From the IMG/VR virus record IMGVR_UViG_3300013105_000022, positions 32,001-96,000 of that record: a stretch of DNA of 64,000 bases, one strand, 5' to 3'. This document shows positions 59,150-64,000 of the stretch, one piece after another. The position numbers were made by a program, and so were the translations under genes. Source of the stretch: a virus. Its lineage: Duplodnaviria; Caudoviricetes. Numbering within the stretch: the first letter of the stretch is position 1; every line of letters begins with the position of its first letter. Under the pieces are notes generated by a model that was not told the origin of the DNA, did no database searches, and saw only the letters and a list, made by a program, of their open reading frames with translations.

Positions 59150-59833
59150 ATGCCCCGAACAGCAAACACCACACCTAAGACCACAGCGGCAAAGAAGCCA
59201 GCCGCATCTAAGGTCGTCACCGACCCCAAGGAAGTTCTCGATGGCGGACCCAGCGCTCCTGCCGTAGGAGATGACGACCAGGAGCAGACGACCGAAGAGC
59301 ACGACAACGGTCAGAACGACAGCGCTCCTACCATCGAGCAGATCGAGCTAGAAGAGCTTCGTGCACAGCTAGCCGAGTACAAGGCCCGTGAAGAGGCAGA
59401 GGCCGCTCAGGGCCGCGCTCAGGCTACCCACTACGAGCCTGTGGATGAGTCCACCCTGTCTCCGGAGCAACTTCAGATTCGCTCCCTCCAGGACCAGCTT
59501 GCAAAGGCCAAGGGCAAGGAAATCGACAAGGCTGAAGAGGTCTACGAGGAGAACGTCGAAGGCGGCATTCTCGTGCACTTCCTAGAAGATGGACTGTCCT
59601 CCAACGGACGCAACTTCTACCGTGGCCAGGAGGTCACCTTTGGCCCTGAGGCCTATGAGGAGACTCTGGATCGATTCGGAGATTCCTGGATCAACATGAA
59701 CGACGATGAGCAGTACGCACGTTGGGGAGAGGTCAAGTTCCGTAAGGGACCGTGGCCGGGTCGTCGCACCTATGAGGAAGACGCCCTCAAGAACAAGTCC
59801 ATCTCCGAGCAGGCACCGCTCGTCCGTATCTAA
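59150..59833 (+). CDS. hypothetical late protein
   Basis: Preceded by GCGATAGTA and AGGAG. Confidence 0.65.
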   Translation: MPRTANTTPKTTAAKKPAASKVVTDPKEVLDGGPSAPAVGDDDQEQTTEEHDNGQNDSAPTIEQIELEELRAQLAEYKAREEAEAAQGRAQATHYEPVDESTLSPEQLQIRSLQDQLAKAKGKEIDKAEEVYEENVEGGILVHFLEDGLSSNGRNFYRGQEVTFGPEAYEETLDRFGDSWINMNDDEQYARWGEVKFRKGPWPGRRTYEEDALKNKSISEQAPLVRI

Positions 59834-59841
59834 GGAACCCA

Positions 59842-60378
59842 ATGGCCGCTTTTCCTGAATTTGACGTAGACGACCTTGCCGCTTTCTCCGGTAGGATCAC
59901 TTCGGAGTACACGAACACGGCCTACGTTCCGTCAGCTATCGCTCAGGCAACCCTTCTGTTCAAGCTGGGCACATGTCTGGGCGATAGCTGGCCAGATGAC
60001 CCTACACTCGCACAGCTAGCGCAGATGGCCATTCTGTCTATGGCAGAGGCTATCTACGCTGTACAGCCCTTCCAGACCGTTCTAGCGAACCCGTTCTCTT
60101 CTGAGACCATCGGTAGCTATTCCTACTCTAAGGTCTCTGGTGCCGTCATGGGAGGTCTCCCAACAGGCATTACGTGGTTCGACCTAGCCCTGTCTAAGCT
60201 GAGCGTGTGCGACCTCACTTCTGGAATCATGGGTGGAGGCATCGAGGTCTTCGAGTTCGATGGTGCATTCGGTCCCGGATACCTTGACGGCAACGTTCGT
60301 TTCCTCAGCCCTGTAGACCTAGATCGACACGAGCGTTGGATGCACGACCCGTCTGAAGGATACCCCTACTCTGCATAA
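59842..60378 (+). CDS. head-to-tail adaptor
   Basis: SETIGSYSYS motif, position. Confidence 0.7.
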   Translation: MAAFPEFDVDDLAAFSGRITSEYTNTAYVPSAIAQATLLFKLGTCLGDSWPDDPTLAQLAQMAILSMAEAIYAVQPFQTVLANPFSSETIGSYSYSKVSGAVMGGLPTGITWFDLALSKLSVCDLTSGIMGGGIEVFEFDGAFGPGYLDGNVRFLSPVDLDRHERWMHDPSEGYPYSA

Positions 60379-60452
60379 GCTTTAGGACCCCCGCGCAAGC
60401 GGGTCATTAGGAAGCCTTGGAGCTTATATCAGTAACAACAAGGAGATGGCGT

Positions 60453-60725
60453 ATGCCTGAAATTGAAATCGACAAGCCGACCATCTTCTCCCAGCCAGGT
60501 TGCGTGCAGTGTTCCGCTGTCAAGCGCAAGCTCAAGGAGAAGAACGTCGAATTCCAGGAAATTGACGCCTCACAGGTGCCAGAAGCATTTGCTCTAGTCA
60601 AGGATGAGTGGGGATACCAGCGTGTGCCGGTTACCTACTTCCAAGGAAAGCATTTCGGCGGATACAACCCGTCCGAGGTAGATGCTCTGGTTGAAAGCTA
60701 CCACTCCGTGTCGGTAGCCGCCTAA
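60453..60725 (+). CDS. NrdH-like glutaredoxin
   Basis: QPGCVQC...GYQRVPV...GGYNP. Confidence 0.85.
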   Translation: MPEIEIDKPTIFSQPGCVQCSAVKRKLKEKNVEFQEIDASQVPEAFALVKDEWGYQRVPVTYFQGKHFGGYNPSEVDALVESYHSVSVAA

Positions 60726-60751
60726 GCGATAGTAGTAGCGAGGAGCTAATC

Positions 60752-61138
60752 ATGGATCATCTATTCGCAAGCGTAGTGAAGGTACAACGCCTTACTCGTA
60801 CGCGCACCGATGGAGTGACCAAGATGGAATGGCTGGATCAGCCTGCTCCTCTCAACGCTATCAGGTGTCGCCTGGATTTGAACTTCCTTCGCCCTGGTAA
60901 GGACGTACCTCCGGCCTATGAAGCCGGAACCGCTCCTGACCGCGTAGGAGTCATGTTCTGTCGCGCAAACAACGCCCTCAGGGCCGGGGATCGCATTGTG
61001 ACGGTCTCCGGTCCTGTGAGCGGCGTATTCGATCTGAAGGTCATCCCCGACATCGCTGTTGACTTCTCCAGCGCTCACCACATTGAAGTACAGGTCATCG
61101 AGTCCGTTCAGAACCTGGATGGGAAGTGGCCGGAGTGA
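60752..61138 (+). CDS. head-to-tail stopper
   Basis: LRAGDRIV...HHIEV, position. Confidence 0.65.
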   Translation: MDHLFASVVKVQRLTRTRTDGVTKMEWLDQPAPLNAIRCRLDLNFLRPGKDVPPAYEAGTAPDRVGVMFCRANNALRAGDRIVTVSGPVSGVFDLKVIPDIAVDFSSAHHIEVQVIESVQNLDGKWPE

Positions 61139-61497
61139 CCATTCAGATCAAGTCGAACTGGAGAGCAGTCGAGCGTGAGCTTGACCGTCTAGAGCACTCT
61201 CCTGAAATCGCCGCAGTGTATCTGGATGCTGTACTGAATACCGGCTTCAAGGCCACCCAAGGTGCCGTCCACATCCTTACCGGATCGCTCAAATCGTCTG
61301 GTAAGAAGTCCTCCTCATTCGATGGTGACACCTGGACGGGAGAAATCGTCTACGGTGGTGTCAGCCTGGGAGTGAACAACCCTGTAACATACGCCATCTA
61401 CGAAAAGGCAAGAGATGGCGACCACGACTTCTTTACGCCTCTGAAGGCGCTAGACTCGATGTATGTAAGAGCAATCCTGAAGGCCCTAAGCAAATGA
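61126..61497 (+). CDS. neck / tail completion protein (HK97 gp10-like)
   Basis: VHILTGSLKSSG...YAIYE. Confidence 0.6.
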   Translation: MAGVTIQIKSNWRAVERELDRLEHSPEIAAVYLDAVLNTGFKATQGAVHILTGSLKSSGKKSSSFDGDTWTGEIVYGGVSLGVNNPVTYAIYEKARDGDHDFFTPLKALDSMYVRAILKALSK

Positions 61498-61994
61498 CTC
61501 AACTCGCCTACGCCGCGCGCAATCTGCTTGCACAGTTCCCATCTGTGACAAGCCTACTTGGCGTGGACGAGCTAGATGATCCGATGCTGTACCCGAACCG
61601 CCCTGAGGCTACAGTGGAGAACACCGGCAAGTGCCTGGTGGTCATCCGTGTCGATGGTGGATGGGGAGCTAACCAACACAACACCGCCCGCTTCCCTACT
61701 CTTGTCGTAGACATCTGGGCGGACCCTACTCGCAACTCCGATGGCTCTGTACAGATGCAGGACGCCTCCCTCAAGGCTGAGGCAGTGTTCAAGGCCATCG
61801 ACAAGATTCTGCATCAGGTGAACAACTCCCTTCCAGGTGGCGGTGCCATCTACTGGGGAACTCTCACGCAGATCACGAACAAGACCGGAGTCAGGATCAC
61901 ATCCTCCTCCCGCACAAACGATCCGGACGAACGACCAGCCTTTGACGACCAAGGAGCCGTCATCTGGCAAGTCCGATACAACGTATCGATCTGA
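61494..61994 (+). CDS. tail terminator
   Basis: Position; LVVDIWAD. Confidence 0.55.
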   Translation: MTQLAYAARNLLAQFPSVTSLLGVDELDDPMLYPNRPEATVENTGKCLVVIRVDGGWGANQHNTARFPTLVVDIWADPTRNSDGSVQMQDASLKAEAVFKAIDKILHQVNNSLPGGGAIYWGTLTQITNKTGVRITSSSRTNDPDERPAFDDQGAVIWQVRYNVSI

Positions 61995-62022
61995 ACTAGA
62001 AAATGAAGCCCTGGAGGCTCTT

Positions 62023-63144
62023 GTGAAGGTACTACTCAACATCCCCCTATCGCCGTTCAGCGGCTACGGAAACGACGGCATTGGTCTAGCTCGTGCCTTC
62101 ATGCGCTGGGGCGCTGACGTGTACCTCCAGCCCTCTGTAGTGCAGTCTCCTCTCCCGGAGGACGTAGCTCATCTGCTCACGAAGAAGCTCGAAGCTCCCT
62201 TCGATCTGATTATCAACCACCACGACCCTGCCGCCCTGGTCTCCTCAGAGGAGCAGAAGCGTGCGGGCCATGTCGTCGTCGCATGGACAATGTGGGAGTA
62301 CTCCAACTTCGGCAACCTTCCGGGGCGCTCGAAGATGAAGAAGAATCTGAAGTACTTCGATGCTCTTGTAGGCTACGATCCTGTGTCCTCTGACTGTCTT
62401 CGTGAGTACTCCCGCAAGGGACAGCCGGTGCTCACCGTACAGGGAGGCTTCTGGCCGGAGGACTGGCCTAAGAGCGAGGAGCGTGACTGGTACAGCGAGC
62501 GCTTCGGATTCTGCATGGTGGGCCAGCTTCACATGCGCAAGGACCCGTTCGTGGCCATCCAGGCGTTCCAGGAACTGAAGAACGACCCCGACATTGAGTT
62601 CGAAGGTGCAGAGCTTCACCTGAAGACCAACCTGCCCGGACTACACAGTTCGATGGAACAGGTCATCCCCAAGCTTCGCATCCACTACGCTGTGTGGCAG
62701 AACGAACTCCTGTACAAGTTCTACGAGTCTCAGCACGTCCTCCTGGCACCTTCCCGTGGCGAGGGAAAGAACATGCCCGCCCTGGAGATGCAGGCCACTG
62801 GCGGTACAGTCATCGCGACGAACTGGGGAGGTCACCAACAGTGGCTCAACAAGGAGTACAACTACCCTCTGGACTACACGCTAGCTCCAGTAGACAGTGA
62901 CTCTCCGAACACCCTCAATGCACGTGCTGACATCGATCACCTGAAGGAACTCATGCTTGAGGCCTACCAGAACCGCGACGAGGCTCGACGCAAGGGTGAC
63001 CTCGCGGCACAGATCATTCCCAAGCTATCCTCTTGGGACTCCGTAGTAGAGCGTCTTCTGCTACAACTCAAGGACTCCACTGAGAATGGGGAGCGACTAT
63101 GGGCGGCGGCTCAGGCATGCCGTAAGGGAAGGCCAGAACTATGA
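62023..63144 (+). CDS. glycosyltransferase, GT4 / GT-B fold
   Basis: SGYG, TMWE, RK, PSRGEGKNMPALEMQATG (E-x7-E); GTG start behind GGAGG. Confidence 0.85.
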   Translation: MKVLLNIPLSPFSGYGNDGIGLARAFMRWGADVYLQPSVVQSPLPEDVAHLLTKKLEAPFDLIINHHDPAALVSSEEQKRAGHVVVAWTMWEYSNFGNLPGRSKMKKNLKYFDALVGYDPVSSDCLREYSRKGQPVLTVQGGFWPEDWPKSEERDWYSERFGFCMVGQLHMRKDPFVAIQAFQELKNDPDIEFEGAELHLKTNLPGLHSSMEQVIPKLRIHYAVWQNELLYKFYESQHVLLAPSRGEGKNMPALEMQATGGTVIATNWGGHQQWLNKEYNYPLDYTLAPVDSDSPNTLNARADIDHLKELMLEAYQNRDEARRKGDLAAQIIPKLSSWDSVVERLLLQLKDSTENGERLWAAAQACRKGRPEL

Positions 63145-63365
63145 CCTCAAGATCAATCGAAGTCAGGTGCCCATACGGCCCCCAAAGGCTTTTTATGAAA
63201 TTGAAGCTTGCCGGTGAATCCCCCACAATCACGGACGACAACTACATGGAATTCTCCTGCTCTGACTGCAAGAGAAACCTCCGTCGTCAGGGGTTCGAAG
63301 TGGATAGGGTCATTCACCAATACGACTTCCTAGGCAATTGGGTAGACACCTTCTTGGAGTACTGA
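63141..63365 (+). CDS. small Cys-containing protein
   Basis: EVRCP...EFSCSDC. Confidence 0.6.
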   Translation: MTSRSIEVRCPYGPQRLFMKLKLAGESPTITDDNYMEFSCSDCKRNLRRQGFEVDRVIHQYDFLGNWVDTFLEY

Positions 63366-63442
63366 CCATAGGTTCGTACAACGCGCGATAGTAGTAGCTA
63401 GAGTAATCCCACTCTAGCTACTTCTATTTCTAGGAGGCCCAA

Positions 63443-64000
63443 GTGGCAACCCCAATCGTTGAAGGTTTCAGCCTTTCACACGCCGCGATTCTGGACGGTA
63501 CCACAGGTGCCGAGGCAGTAAACGGTGACATTTACGGTATCCGTTCCGGTTCCATTGAACTGGACACGGACTCGTACGACAACACTGGAGACGACGCTGT
63601 TCTCTCCACGTGGTACTGGTTCAACAAGGCTACGCTAACCGTTCAGTCTGGTTACGTTCCTTTCAACACCATTGCCCTTCTGTCCGGTTCTAAGGTTACC
63701 TCTTCGGGTGCCGCACCGAACGACTTCTACACCCTTCCTCTGTGGGAAGAGCGTCAGCAGAACACGACTCCGCGTCCTGTTCTGATTCGCGTTCCTTCCA
63801 AGGACAAGGACGGTGTTATCCGTACCCTGGACTTCGTTCTCTACAAGGTACAGTTCCAGCCGATTTCGTTCGACGGTCCTACCTACAAGGACGGCCTCCT
63901 ACTGAACTACACGGGTACCGCTCTTATGTCCGACAAGGACGAAAAGGGTAACCCTGTTCTGGACTCGCAGACCGGTCTTCCGACCAGGGCAATTGGACGA
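63443..64000 (+). CDS. major tail (tube) protein, truncated by window end
   Basis: AGGAGG plus GTG; MATPIVEGFSLSHAAILDG...; open to end; own GCGATAGTA motif. Confidence 0.7.
   Translation, partial: MATPIVEGFSLSHAAILDGTTGAEAVNGDIYGIRSGSIELDTDSYDNTGDDAVLSTWYWFNKATLTVQSGYVPFNTIALLSGSKVTSSGAAPNDFYTLPLWEERQQNTTPRPVLIRVPSKDKDGVIRTLDFVLYKVQFQPISFDGPTYKDGLLLNYTGTALMSDKDEKGNPVLDSQTGLPTRAIGR

Larger units (their letters stand above)
30107..63393. promoter_or_regulatory. dispersed exact 9-mer GCGATAGTA, putative late promoter, 10 copies
   Basis: 30107-, 41636, 44363, 47412, 56161, 56687, 57877, 59120, 60726, 63385 (all + except the first). Confidence 0.8.

Noticed and set aside
1-64000. tRNA, tmRNA, rRNA, integrase, repressor, IS elements
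   Set aside because: No cloverleaf or recombinase motifs recognised by eye; tRNAscan-SE or Aragorn would be needed to exclude them fully.

Overview
64 kb of a large, apparently lytic, tailed dsDNA phage with siphovirus-like head-tail genes. A WhiB gene, an LAxTG sortase substrate, high-GC codon usage and many leaderless genes point to an actinobacterial host. Layout: 1-23.2 kb is mostly rightward small early genes built from shuffled short modules, with an inverted HicA-like plus membrane-microprotein cassette, an HD (SAH/Mesh1-like) hydrolase, a GGQ release-factor-like protein and a metallophosphoesterase. 23.3-35.6 kb is a leftward block: cell-wall-anchored stalk protein, 5'-nucleotidase, lipoprotein, a pnuC-pncA-nadR NAD salvage operon, HNH, beta clamp, Cas4/RecB-like nuclease, WhiB, Mre11/SbcD. 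36-41.6 kb holds a Rad50/SbcC C-terminal half, DnaX, a sugar epimerase and two glycosyltransferases. 41.6-64 kb is virion morphogenesis: terminase, portal, MuF, a 2622-aa multi-enzyme protein, protease/scaffold, decoration, capsid, head-tail connectors, a GT4 and a truncated major tail gene. Best leads: (1) the giant protein (GNAT, L7/L12-like, Nudix, kinase-like, degenerate ART) shares an N-terminal motif with the portal C-terminal extension, each just after a candidate prohead-protease site, suggesting a head-packaged effector delivery system; (2) the NAD salvage operon; (3) two repeated promoter-like motifs, CGTATA(C/A)AT and GCGATAGTA, the second revealing a nested scaffold gene; (4) a possible virion glycosylation pathway. 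All calls come from reading motifs by eye; no database searches were run.
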